From Candidatus Saccharimonadota bacterium (GTDB lineage Bacteria > Patescibacteriota > Gracilibacteria > UBA1369 > 2-02-FULL-48-14): a DNA stretch of 32,000 nucleotides. The notes under the pieces are model-generated. The model saw nothing but the letters and a program-made list of their open reading frames with translations. It did not search any database and was not told the DNA's origin. Shown piece after piece: positions 16,101 to 24,956 of this stretch. The first letter of the stretch is position 1. Every line of letters begins with the position of its first letter. The stretch spans positions 900,001-932,000 of the forward strand of contig CP064962.1 of assembly GCA_016699145.1 (NCBI GenBank), written 5' to 3'. Made by a program: the position numbers and the translations under genes.

Positions 16101-17579
16101 ATGTCTGGGTTAGCGAGACCACTAGCGTCTGAAGGAGAGAACGACCAGTTCCAACCATTGAATGGTGGTGCTGTCGATCGTCAGCAAGGCCCAGCCGTTT
16201 CTGTTGAGCAAGACATTGGTTTGAGGGCCGTTCAGGCTTTAGACCCGACCAGGGTGAAATATCAGAATTGCATCGACACCGCTTTTCTGGAGCCTGAAAC
16301 CGTGCCTTCTTTGGAAGAAGTGAGACGTAAAACAAGAGAATTGAACCCCGATCAGACCGATGAGAAACTTTTCACTGCTCGAACCTGGGATGTAGGGCGT
16401 TTTGAAGAAACCAATTTACCCGTTGTTGCAGGTCAACTGAAGGATAAAGAAGCATTCGGTGTTCAAAGAGCCATGCGAATCCTCGATCTACCAATCAAGA
16501 TGCCGGGGCAAGGATGGAAAATCCCAGAGGAATTGGCTCAATTCCAGGAAGCCATTGCCCTCGCTGTGGCTCAAGAACGCATGGTCAATCCTGACTTTGA
16601 TGACGACTACTACGCTTACATCATTGTAGATCAAAAGGTGGTTCAACCTGGGCAGAATCAACGCAGAGCAGGGTATCACAGTGACGCTTTTGTGACGGGA
16701 GACACGGAACTTGAAGTGGATGGTGAAGAAGCTTCTCGCAAAGTTGATCGCACCTATATTGTTTACGACACTTTGCCCACGGGATTCATCCCTGGACCGA
16801 TGCCTCTCGACTGTGACCCAGAGGACTGTGAACAGGTTTTGGAAAGTTTTGCCGAGCGTTCTCAAGATCAAAACCCACGGCTCTATCCGACTCATACCGT
16901 TTTACGTTTGGATCCTTACGATCTGCACACCTCCCGCACCAATGAGACCGAAGATCCTATCCTACGTACTTTTGTGAAAATTTCTTTCAGTAAATCGGTT
17001 TACAACCGTGAAGGCAATGATGTGAATCCTCACTTCAACTACAACTGGACGCTGGTGCCTCGTGACCCTGCCAAGCGTGAACATCGAAATCATATTATTG
17101 GTGCAGATCGAGTCGATAGAGATCAGTTCTTGGCCATTGATCCTAAGAGCATCGATTTTGAAAATGATGAAATCCCTTGGATAGAACCTGGCGTTTTCAC
17201 TGCCCACAAAACAGAAGGAGTACACGCAGTGCCTGCGATTCCAGGTGAGAAACTCGAGACCAAGGTGGGAAATTTCCTTGTCACAGTCAACACCGCTAAG
17301 GAAGGATATTGGAAAGTGACCACCAGCCAAGGGGATGAGTACTTCTTGGACGGAAAACGCTTCCATGACAACTACGAAAATGAGCCTGATGCAAAAGGTA
17401 TTTGCCTGCCTAAAGGCATGCCACGAAAAATGGTAAAACTCTCTAGAGATGTCTGTTTCGTGGCTCCCTGGGGAGGCATGCAATATGTTCCGAAAGGAGG
17501 TGTACTTGTCGTCTCAGATAAGTACGACATTTACGGAATTCATCCCAGTAACTTCGAGGCCTCTTTTGCGAGAGCTTAA
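16101..17579 (+). CDS. hypothetical protein C of the cassette (492 aa), with a possible H-x-D...H metal-site core and two C-terminal beta-rich modules
   Basis: Starts 23 nt after gene B. The core is YAYIIVDQKVVQPGQNQRRAGYH193SD195AF ... DLH276TS ... R289TFVKISFS. The two C-terminal modules span roughly residues 360-425 and 440-490. Confidence 0.65.
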   Translation: MSGLARPLASEGENDQFQPLNGGAVDRQQGPAVSVEQDIGLRAVQALDPTRVKYQNCIDTAFLEPETVPSLEEVRRKTRELNPDQTDEKLFTARTWDVGRFEETNLPVVAGQLKDKEAFGVQRAMRILDLPIKMPGQGWKIPEELAQFQEAIALAVAQERMVNPDFDDDYYAYIIVDQKVVQPGQNQRRAGYHSDAFVTGDTELEVDGEEASRKVDRTYIVYDTLPTGFIPGPMPLDCDPEDCEQVLESFAERSQDQNPRLYPTHTVLRLDPYDLHTSRTNETEDPILRTFVKISFSKSVYNREGNDVNPHFNYNWTLVPRDPAKREHRNHIIGADRVDRDQFLAIDPKSIDFENDEIPWIEPGVFTAHKTEGVHAVPAIPGEKLETKVGNFLVTVNTAKEGYWKVTTSQGDEYFLDGKRFHDNYENEPDAKGICLPKGMPRKMVKLSRDVCFVAPWGGMQYVPKGGVLVVSDKYDIYGIHPSNFEASFARA

Positions 17580-17632
17580 TGTCTACGCTACATCTGCAGA
17601 TTTATCCCAATGCCCCTTCCCCCTAGGTAGTA

Positions 17633-17778
17633 CGGTCATCGTTTTCAATTTTTAACCTGATGGCGGGCCATTCGGGTCTACTACCCTTTAGACGGTCTAA
17701 TTCTAGTGTCTCTTGCCGTGAGACACAAATGTAGCGTTTCAGGCTAAACGAGACACTTGAGACAGTATAAAAAGGGGC
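17633..17778 (+). repeat. 146-bp direct repeat, copy R2 (right boundary of the cassette)
   Basis: Same orientation and length as R1 at 14464-14609. See R1. Confidence 0.9.
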
Positions 17779-17816
17779 CGAGCGCGAGGGGTGTTGACGA
17801 AAGCAAAAATTATATT

Positions 17817-17831
17817 GAGCCTGCGAGGCTC
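17817..17831 (-). terminator. hairpin downstream of the short CDF gene
   Basis: GAGCCT-gcg-AGGCTC, a perfect 6-bp stem, lies 9 nt past the stop at 17840. On the minus strand it is followed by AATATAATTTTT. Confidence 0.4.
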
Positions 17832-17839
17832 ACCGCTGT

Positions 17840-18463
17840 CTAAACGCGATCCGCTTTCAAGGCTTCACGGATAATTCCGATAGACGAATGTAGCACAAAA
17901 ACCGCAATTCCTAACCCAACGAGAATGTCGGGGATCATGGAATTGAAGTAAGCAACCAAAAGGCCAGCCACGATCACACTCACATTCCCAAAAACATCGT
18001 TGCGAGAACAGATCCAAGCAGACTTCATGTTGAGATCACTAGACTTGTACCTGGACAGCACATACAGACAAAGAGCATTCGCAAGAAGGGCCACTCCCCC
18101 AATGATAGAAATGGTTTCGGCCGTAGGGAGAACGGGATGAATGATTTTAATCACTGTGGCAAAAACGACATAAATGCCTAAAAGACTCATCACGATTCCT
18201 TTCAACAAGGAGGCACGAGCCTTTGCCTTATCGTTTCGAAAGACTACAAAGAGACTGATGCCATAGACAAAAGTGTCCGCGAGCATATCCAAGGAGTCCG
18301 CTGTGAGTGCATTGGAATGTGACAAAAATCCAGCAATTGCCTCCACGAAGAACATGACCAAGTTCACCAAAAGGACAAACACGAAAACATTCCGCAATTT
18401 TTTGTTGTGGCGGTTCTTGAGGTCGACGTTTTCGGCGGCGCAGCAGCAGTCAGCCATAGGCAA
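17840..18463 (-). CDS. short cation diffusion facilitator (six TM helices, no cytoplasmic C-terminal domain), with an N-terminal CCC motif
   Basis: 207 aa. SLDMLADTF in TM2 and RNDVFGN in TM5 sit at the CDF metal-site positions. The N-terminus reads MADCCCAAE. Confidence 0.7.
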   Translation of the reverse strand: MPMADCCCAAENVDLKNRHNKKLRNVFVFVLLVNLVMFFVEAIAGFLSHSNALTADSLDMLADTFVYGISLFVVFRNDKAKARASLLKGIVMSLLGIYVVFATVIKIIHPVLPTAETISIIGGVALLANALCLYVLSRYKSSDLNMKSAWICSRNDVFGNVSVIVAGLLVAYFNSMIPDILVGLGIAVFVLHSSIGIIREALKADRV

Positions 18464-18517
18464 GCATTCTAGTTCAGCACCCTAGAATTTCAAAACCAAA
18501 AGAGTAAGCTATCCCCG

Positions 18518-19389
18518 ATGAAAGACCACGACCACTCCACTAGCAACATCAAGACCGCCTTCCTTCTGAACCTCTTTTTCACGGCCTTTGAAGTGGTGGG
18601 AGGAATTTTAACAAACAGCACCGCCATCCTCTCGGATGCGCTCCACGATTTTGGAGACTCTATTTCTTTGGGTCTATCGCTCTACTTGGAGAAAAAAGCA
18701 CAAAAAGACCGTAACGCCACATTCTCCTATGGTTTCAAACGCCTTTCCCTTTTAAGCGGACTCATCAGCAGTCTCATCCTTACCACTGGCTCCATCTTCA
18801 TTCTATCTGAAGCCATTCCACGAATCATGAATCCCGAGCACGCCAATGCGAAGGGCATGTTGGGTCTAGCCATCGTGGGCATCCTGGTCAACGGGTTCGC
18901 GGCCCTACGCACAAGAAGTGGAAAAACGGTGAACGAGGAGGTGGTCACGTGGCATCTCCTGGAAGACATGCTGGGTTGGATCGCCGTCTTCGTGACCAGT
19001 TTGGTGATGCTCTTCTTCGATCTTCACATTCTTGATCCCCTCCTGTCGGTGGCAATTACGCTCTTTGTGCTGTGGAATGTGCTGAAAAGACTCAAGTACA
19101 CCCTCAAGCTTTTCTTCAAGCAGTGCCCCACAACCTTTCCATCAGAAACATCGAAAAGAAACTGAAAGGAGTGTCCAGCGTAAAGCTCGTCCACGACACG
19201 CATCTGTGGTCCTTGGACGGTGAGAACCATGTTCTATCGACCCACTTAGTCATTCAAAAGAATCTGACCATTTCAGAGGCCTTGGATGTGAAGTGCCGCG
19301 CCAAAGAAGTGATACAAAAGATGGGCATCAGTCACGCCACGGTAGAAATAGAGAAGGAAAACGAAAGCTGTAATCTGAAAAACCACTAA
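18518..19389 (+). pseudogene. czcD: CzcD-type cation diffusion facilitator carrying a frameshift
   Basis: The TM domain (HDFGD in TM2, HLLED in TM5) is in the frame of 18518..19165. The C-terminal domain (FLQAVPHNLSIRNIEKKLKGVSSVKLVHDTHLWSLDG) is in the frame of 19072..19389. The junction is at the T4 run 19110-19113. Confidence 0.8.
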
Positions 19390-19391
19390 AG

Positions 19392-20168
19392 GTGACCCTA
19401 CTTCACGCTTTCATTTTAGGGATTGTAGAAGGGTTCACAGAGTTCCTGCCCATCTCCTCCACCGCGCACCTCGCTTTGACGGGGAAGCTCTTAGGCCTTG
19501 AGCAAACAGAGTACTTCAAGAGCTTTGAAATCATAATCCAACTGGGAGCCATCTTGGCGGTCATCGCTCTTTATTGGAGAAGCCTACTACAGTGGGAAGT
19601 GATCAAGCGGCTCATTGTGGGTTTTATCCCAACGGGAATTTTAGGTCTCTTGTTTTACAAACTGGTGAAACTTTATTTGCTCGAAAGTTTTCCAGTGATG
19701 CTCACCGCTCTGCTTGTGGGAGGCATTTTGCTGATCGTCTTTGAGAAAACCCACACAGAAAAGAAAGGTGAAGTCAAAGGGGTGGCCGCCATTCCCTACA
19801 AAACATGCCTCTACATAGGCCTATTCCAATCCTTAGCCATGATTCCTGGCGTTTCTCGCTCCGCTGCCACGATTGTAGGAGGCCTCTTGCTGGGACTTCA
19901 AAAGAGAACGATTGTGGAGTTCTCCTTCCTCCTCGCAGTGCCCACCATGCTCGCAGCCAGCTCTTTGGATATTTATAAGAATGCTCAAAGCTTCACGAGT
20001 GACCAAACGGTGCTTCTCAGTGTTGGGTTCGTAACTTCATTTGTTATGGCCCTCGTGAGCATCAAATTCTTGCTCGCCACCGTGCGGAGACAAACCTTCA
20101 GTGCGTTTGGTTTCTATAGGATTGGGATTGCTTCCGTCTTTTTCGTTCTCTTCGCCCTTGGGTTTTAG
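19392..20168 (+). CDS. uppP: undecaprenyl-diphosphate phosphatase
   Basis: ILGIVEGFTEFLPISSTAHL, PGVSRSAATI and 8 TM helices. GTG start. Confidence 0.9.
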   Translation: MTLLHAFILGIVEGFTEFLPISSTAHLALTGKLLGLEQTEYFKSFEIIIQLGAILAVIALYWRSLLQWEVIKRLIVGFIPTGILGLLFYKLVKLYLLESFPVMLTALLVGGILLIVFEKTHTEKKGEVKGVAAIPYKTCLYIGLFQSLAMIPGVSRSAATIVGGLLLGLQKRTIVEFSFLLAVPTMLAASSLDIYKNAQSFTSDQTVLLSVGFVTSFVMALVSIKFLLATVRRQTFSAFGFYRIGIASVFFVLFALGF

Positions 20169-20539
20169 GAGCCAGAATGTACCTCCAGAGTCACCTTTGC
20201 GCTAAAGAAAATGATCAGAACAATCACAAGTCCAGCCAGGTCTTCCACGCGTCCATAGCCATAGGTGAAGCGTGAAGTGGCCTTCTTTCGGGCAAACAAA
20301 AAAGCGATCCCCAGTGGAATGGCTGTCGCAGCATCACCAAAGTTGTGAATGGTGTCAGCGAGCAGAGCCACACTTCCTGAAAAGATCACCACAACCACTT
20401 GAATGAGTGCGGTGATGGCAAGACCCACAAAAGACCACTTGATGGCCCACAGTCCACGGGCGGATGTCGTAATGGAAGCATCCACCACTCCATGGGTATG
20501 ATCGTGGGAAAATTCTTGGAGATTGCTGTGTTTGTGCAT
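20165..20539 (-). pseudogene. N-terminal fragment (about 124 aa) of a CDF transporter
   Basis: MHKHSNLQEFSHDHTHGVVD...SGSVALLADTIHNFGDAATA...FTYGYGRVEDLAG ends within TM3. A full-length CDF is about 300 aa. The 3' end abuts and overlaps the uppP stop. Confidence 0.6.
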
Positions 20540-20595
20540 CTGATTATTAAGGTACAATAGCCTCATACTGATGTAAACAAGCCAAGAATCTTAGT

Positions 20596-21330
20596 ATGGA
20601 GATACCATTAGAAAAAACCCAGCAACATTTTAGGGGAATTGACGCACTCCGCGGGACTGCCGTACTTGGAATGATTATTTTTCATTTCTTTTTCATCCTA
20701 GATTTTCTTGATGTTCTAAATCAACAAATGTACGGCGGAGGGTGGCTTATACTTGCTCGATTTGTGCAGTTTGCCTTTCTGGGACTGGTGGGAGTTTCAC
20801 TAGCACTCAGTAAGAAGGACAGTAATGAACAATTCTTCCGAGGGATTAAAATTTTAGGCTTGGGACTCCTTGTAACACTGACAACTTATATTTTTATTCC
20901 AGGGCACTTCGTTCTCTTTGGAATCCTCCACTTGATTGGGACCTGCATTATTGTGCTTACTCCTCTGCGCAAACACCCCTATATCGCTCTGGCTTTTGGC
21001 ATCTGTATAATTGTGCTCAGTAAATACATCACTACTCTGCGGATAGATTTTGAGCCGTTCTATATTTTGGGTTTACAAACGCCTGTGACCGTAAGCGCCA
21101 TTGATTATTTTCCTATTTTCCCATGGATCGGTGTGGTACTTCTGGGTGTTTTCGTTGGGTGCTTTCTAAAAAATAAAATGCCAGGCCAGCCAACCGCTAT
21201 GTCAAAATACTTTAAACCGCTCCTATTCTTAGGGAGGAGATCGCTCTTAATTTATATGATTCATGTGCCTCTCATCATCGCCATTTTAATTCTGACCAAT
21301 GTGCTTGAACTCGGTCAGATAACTCCTTAG
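20596..21330 (+). CDS. DUF1624 / HGSNAT-like acyltransferase-family membrane protein
   Basis: FRGIDALRGTAVLGMIIFHFF, plus multiple TM helices. Confidence 0.55.
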   Translation: MEIPLEKTQQHFRGIDALRGTAVLGMIIFHFFFILDFLDVLNQQMYGGGWLILARFVQFAFLGLVGVSLALSKKDSNEQFFRGIKILGLGLLVTLTTYIFIPGHFVLFGILHLIGTCIIVLTPLRKHPYIALAFGICIIVLSKYITTLRIDFEPFYILGLQTPVTVSAIDYFPIFPWIGVVLLGVFVGCFLKNKMPGQPTAMSKYFKPLLFLGRRSLLIYMIHVPLIIAILILTNVLELGQITP

Positions 21331-21360
21331 GGGGGTGTTTCACTCGTGCTATGTTCTTGA

Positions 21361-21418
21361 CCACCACTCCATGGGTGTGGTCGTGGGAAGTCTCCGCTGA
21401 ATGGTGGTGTTCGTGCAT
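21361..21418 (-). pseudogene. 58-bp remnant of a CDF gene 5' end, second copy
   Basis: Encodes MHEHHHSAETSHDHTHGVV. The 29-bp core at 21361-21389 matches 20482-20510 with 2 mismatches. Homology is lost beyond that point. Confidence 0.55.
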
Positions 21419-21420
21419 AG

Positions 21421-21762
21421 CTAAGAGTAGACGACGTACAGAATAATGAGGATCAGCAAGGGGTAGGCGAACAACAGCTGCGGCCTGAAACACTGCCACG
21501 GACTGAAGCGTCCTTCGTGTGTTTTCATGTACTGATAGATGTGCCCAAACTCCTGAACAAATGCCCCCACCAGAACTAGACTAAGGCTCTTCTCTAAAAT
21601 GCCAAGACCAACGAGGGCGAACCCAAGCACATGGATGAGCTTATTCAACACTCCAGTGTGGCACTCCACGAATTTCTTCCATTGGGCTTTGATCATGGAC
21701 GCACTATACACCGCACTGCAACCGCGTGAATTACGAAACGCCGTGCACTTCTTGGTCGACAT
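21421..21762 (-). CDS. DUF962 (Mpo1-like) small membrane protein; start uncertain
   Basis: WKKFVECHTGVLNKLIHVLGFALVGLGIL...FVQEFGHIYQY resembles the H..N...H..G.P and GH motifs of DUF962. Candidate starts are at 21762 and 21696. The track start at 21837 would overlap csoR-3. Confidence 0.4.
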   Translation of the reverse strand: MSTKKCTAFRNSRGCSAVYSASMIKAQWKKFVECHTGVLNKLIHVLGFALVGLGILEKSLSLVLVGAFVQEFGHIYQYMKTHEGRFSPWQCFRPQLLFAYPLLILIILYVVYS

Positions 21763-21794
21763 TGTAAGGCTTTGCCTTGACGGACCAAGGGCAT

Positions 21795-21821
21795 ATAGGG
21801 TATAGGGGTATTGGCTATTAA
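21795..21821 (+). promoter_or_regulatory. csoR-3 upstream boxes and a -10-like element
   Basis: ATAGGGTATAGGGGTATT (21795-21812; the minus strand reads AATACCCCTATACCCTAT), then TATTAA (21816-21821), 8 nt before the ATG at 21830. No good -35 seen. Confidence 0.35.
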
Positions 21822-21829
21822 TCCATTCT

Positions 21830-22102
21830 ATGGTCAACCAAAGTATTAAAAAGCGAGCGTTGCATCGCGCTAAGATCCTTAAAGGTCAGCTCGAGGCACT
21901 CATGCGAAGCATCGAAAGTGAGGAGTATTGTACTTCACTGCTTCATCAATCCTACTCCATCCAAAATTCGCTCAAAAGTTTAGACAAACTACTTTTGGAG
22001 AATCATCTGGGTTCTCACGTCAGGCACCAAATGCAGGACCCGGCGCAGCAAGAAAAAGCAATTAAAGAGCTGATTGAAGTTTATACCTCGTCACATCGTT
22101 AG
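21830..22102 (+). CDS. CsoR/RcnR-family repressor, divergent copy 3
   Basis: 90 aa. KILKGQLEALMRSIESEEYC34...ENH59LGSH63 has the same C-H-H spacing as copies 1 and 2. Confidence 0.8.
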   Translation: MVNQSIKKRALHRAKILKGQLEALMRSIESEEYCTSLLHQSYSIQNSLKSLDKLLLENHLGSHVRHQMQDPAQQEKAIKELIEVYTSSHR

Positions 22103-22175
22103 GTTCATCATTTACCCCTTCGTTATGCTAAATCAAAAATTCAAGACGAAAGTCGTACACCGGTAAACGAATGTA

Positions 22176-22187
22176 TTGAGACGGTAC
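22176..22187 (+). promoter_or_regulatory. TTGAGACGGTAC box upstream of the YHS-copA operon
   Basis: A 12-mer identical to 28684-28695, which lies upstream of csoR-2. It is a near match to TTGAGACAGTAT at the right ends of R1 and R2. Confidence 0.35.
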
Positions 22188-22209
22188 TTATCCAATAAAC
22201 AACAAAACC

Positions 22210-22392
22210 ATGGAAAATTCATCCTGTTGCAGCCCAAAAAATTCATCTCCAGTTAAGGACGTAGTTTGTGGCATGGAGCTCACTCCAACAGAAGACACGC
22301 TCCAAGTTGCGCACAAAGGAAGCATCTACTATTTCTGCAATGCGGCGTGCAAGGATCAATTTGCCGCTGATCCAGGAAAATACCTTAGTTAA
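22210..22392 (+). CDS. YHS-domain (TRASH-type) metal-binding protein
   Basis: VKDVVCGMELTPTEDTLQVAHKGSIYYFCNAACKDQFAADPGKYL is the YHS/TRASH pattern. Confidence 0.8.
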   Translation: MENSSCCSPKNSSPVKDVVCGMELTPTEDTLQVAHKGSIYYFCNAACKDQFAADPGKYLS

Positions 22393-22422
22393 TCATTTAA
22401 CTTAATCATTTAACTTAATCAT
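22389..22422. repeat. 13-bp tandem repeat, 2.6 copies
   Basis: TTAATCATTTAAC occurs at 22389-22401 and 22402-22414, followed by TTAATCAT. The repeat fills the gap between the YHS stop and the next ATG. Confidence 0.85.
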
Positions 22423-22644
22423 ATGAAACCATCAAAATTAATGCATCTCATCAGTATTGTAGTGGGCTTCGCTGGGGTCATCACCTTCTTAGCCGCCATG
22501 TTCGGGGGAGCCGACAACCTGGTATTTGGCGTCACAAAGGCTGACGCTTTGTTCTGCACTGCCATTCTTATCCTCATCGCAATTTGGACTCAAATTGCCA
22601 CCATTCATCACATGATGCTCGAGAAGCGAGGAGAGCTTATTTAA
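22423..22644 (+). CDS. small 2-TM membrane protein
   Basis: 73 aa with two hydrophobic helices. Tightly packed between the YHS gene and copA. Confidence 0.5.
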   Translation: MKPSKLMHLISIVVGFAGVITFLAAMFGGADNLVFGVTKADALFCTAILILIAIWTQIATIHHMMLEKRGELI

Positions 22645-22666
22645 TTTGAAAAGCACAACCCTAACA

Positions 22667-24931
22667 ATGAACACCACTACTTATAAAATCAAAGGCATGC
22701 ACTGCGCTTCTTGCGCGGGGATTATTCAAAGAACGTTTAAGAAAACGGAAGGAGTGAGTGCAGCAGAGGTCAATTACGGAACGGAAACTGCAAAGGTCAC
22801 CTTTGATGAGCACAAAGTGCACGCGGCCGACCTTTCAAAAAAGATTGAACCGCTTGGCTACACCCTCGTGCTTGAGGAAGACCACTCCAAACACACAGGC
22901 ATGGGCCAAACCAAGATAGAAAAGCTCAAAGAACTTTCAGAGCTCAGAACCTTGGTTCTCTCCGCCCTTCCTTTGGCTGCCTTCAGTATTGTAGCCATGA
23001 CATGGGACATCCTGGTTCAATTTGAAGTGCTGGCCCCCATGTCCGAAACCTTGAGCGAATTCTTCCACCACCTTCTCCCTCTCATGGCGACCTACGTGCT
23101 CTTTGTGGTGGGCAAACCCTACTTGCTTGGTTTTTATCGCTTCCTCCGATACGGCAAAGCAAACATGGACACGCTCATCGGAATTGGAACCGTGGCTGCC
23201 TACTTGTACAGCTTTGTCGTCACTGCTTTTGAGGCACCGCTTTCTGCGTACATCAACACGGAGCACAGCTACTACGATGTGACCATCGTGGTCATAACCT
23301 TCATTACACTGGGCAAGTATTTAGAATCGCGATCGAAACTCAAAACAGGGGACGCCATTGAAAAACTCCTCAATCTGCAGGCTAAAACCGCTCTCGTGCT
23401 CCGCGATGGTAAAGAAGTGGAGCTTCCGATTGATCAGGTCGTGAAAGGAGATCTGATCGTTGTGAAACCAGCAGGTAAAATCCCCGTGGATGGAGAACTC
23501 ACGGAAGGCTCTTCTTACATCGATGAATCCATGGTCACGGGAGAACCCATGCCAGTGCATAAAACCGTAGGCGACAAGGTAGTGGGAGGAACCATGAACA
23601 CGAGTGGGGCCTTCACTTTCAAGGCAAGCAAAGTGGGATCCGAAACCATGCTGGCTCACATCATCAAGATGGTGGAAGAAGCCCAAGGCAGCAAAGCGCC
23701 CATTCAAGCTTTAGCCGATAAAATCTCGAGCGTTTTCGTTCCCGTCGTCTTGGTCTTCGCTTTTGTTGCATTGGCGGTGTGGCTGAGTGTTGGGACTTTA
23801 TATCTAGGCTTTTCACAAGCCCTCTCCTACGGACTCGTTTCCTTCGTGAGTATTCTGGTGATCGCTTGCCCCTGTGCTCTTGGCCTGGCGACTCCCACTG
23901 CGATCATTGTTGGAGTGGGTAAAGGAGCGAAAGAAGGGATCCTCATCAAAGACGCAGCGACGCTCGAAAAACTTCACAAGGTGACCACCGTGGTCGTGGA
24001 TAAAACGGGAACAATCACCAAAGGAAAACCCGAGCTCATTTCGATCATCAAGCTGTCCGATAAAACAGACGACGAACTGCTTTCCATCCTTGCTTCCCTC
24101 GAAAAGAAGTCCGAACACCCCATTGCTCACGCCATCTTAAATGCGGCGACTGAGAAAAAACTTTCACTCCATACGGTCACAGACTTTGAAGGGATAAAAG
24201 GGAAAGGACTCAAGGGAACGATTGGGGCGACCACTTATTATGTGGGCAATGAAAAACTGATCCATGACCTCAAACTCAAAATGGATTCCAGCTTGATTGA
24301 AAAGGAAACGGCACAAGGCAAAACTCCAATCATTCTCGCTACAGAGAAGGAAGTGCTCGCCATTGCCCTGGTTGCAGATGCGATTAAACCAGAGGCCAAA
24401 GCAGCCATCGCTCAGCTCCATAAAATGGGACTTAAGGTCGTGATGCTGACGGGTGACAATACGAACACGGCAAAATTCATCGCAAGTGAAGCAGGCATAG
24501 ATGAAGTGGTAGCCGAAGTACTGCCAGAAGATAAACTCAAAAAAATCAAAGCACTTCAGGCCGAAGGTAAAATTGTTGCCATGGCGGGAGACGGCGTGAA
24601 CGATGCCCCTGCTCTGGCTCAGGCAGACGTAGGAATCGCAATGGCAACAGGCACCGACGTTGCCATTGAATCCGCAGGAATCACCCTACTCCACGGCGAC
24701 ATCTCCAAGCTGGTCAAAGCCATCTCCCTCTCAAAGATGACGATGCGCGGCATTAAACAAAATCTATTCTGGGCCTTCTTTTACAACATTGTCGGCATCC
24801 CTCTAGCAGCAGGTGCCTTCTACCCACTATTTGGATGGCTGCTCAGTCCCGTTTTTGCAGGACTCGCCATGGCCTTCTCAAGCGTGTCGGTGGTGGGAAA
24901 TTCCCTAAGGCTAAAAACAAAGAAACTATGA
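22667..24931 (+). CDS. copA: Cu(I)-translocating P1B-type ATPase, intact
   Basis: [55 protein letters not shown]. The ATG at 22667 is preferred over the TTG at 22646. Confidence 0.95.
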   Translation: MNTTTYKIKGMHCASCAGIIQRTFKKTEGVSAAEVNYGTETAKVTFDEHKVHAADLSKKIEPLGYTLVLEEDHSKHTGMGQTKIEKLKELSELRTLVLSALPLAAFSIVAMTWDILVQFEVLAPMSETLSEFFHHLLPLMATYVLFVVGKPYLLGFYRFLRYGKANMDTLIGIGTVAAYLYSFVVTAFEAPLSAYINTEHSYYDVTIVVITFITLGKYLESRSKLKTGDAIEKLLNLQAKTALVLRDGKEVELPIDQVVKGDLIVVKPAGKIPVDGELTEGSSYIDESMVTGEPMPVHKTVGDKVVGGTMNTSGAFTFKASKVGSETMLAHIIKMVEEAQGSKAPIQALADKISSVFVPVVLVFAFVALAVWLSVGTLYLGFSQALSYGLVSFVSILVIACPCALGLATPTAIIVGVGKGAKEGILIKDAATLEKLHKVTTVVVDKTGTITKGKPELISIIKLSDKTDDELLSILASLEKKSEHPIAHAILNAATEKKLSLHTVTDFEGIKGKGLKGTIGATTYYVGNEKLIHDLKLKMDSSLIEKETAQGKTPIILATEKEVLAIALVADAIKPEAKAAIAQLHKMGLKVVMLTGDNTNTAKFIASEAGIDEVVAEVLPEDKLKKIKALQAEGKIVAMAGDGVNDAPALAQADVGIAMATGTDVAIESAGITLLHGDISKLVKAISLSKMTMRGIKQNLFWAFFYNIVGIPLAAGAFYPLFGWLLSPVFAGLAMAFSSVSVVGNSLRLKTKKL

Positions 24932-24956
24932 TAGATAGTCCATGATGTCTGAAATT

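Noticed and set aside
16962-17483. 173-aa minus-strand ORF (also 16488..16895 and 16099..16335) inside cassette gene C.
   Set aside because: These lie entirely antisense to a longer uninterrupted 492-aa ORF. Their composition is Cys/His/Phe/Arg-rich and low-complexity, typical of shadow ORFs. They have no independent start context.
22389-22422. Possible CRISPR or other repeat array.
   Set aside because: It holds only 2.6 copies of a 13-bp unit in direct tandem with no spacers. This is a simple AT-rich tandem repeat, not a CRISPR array.
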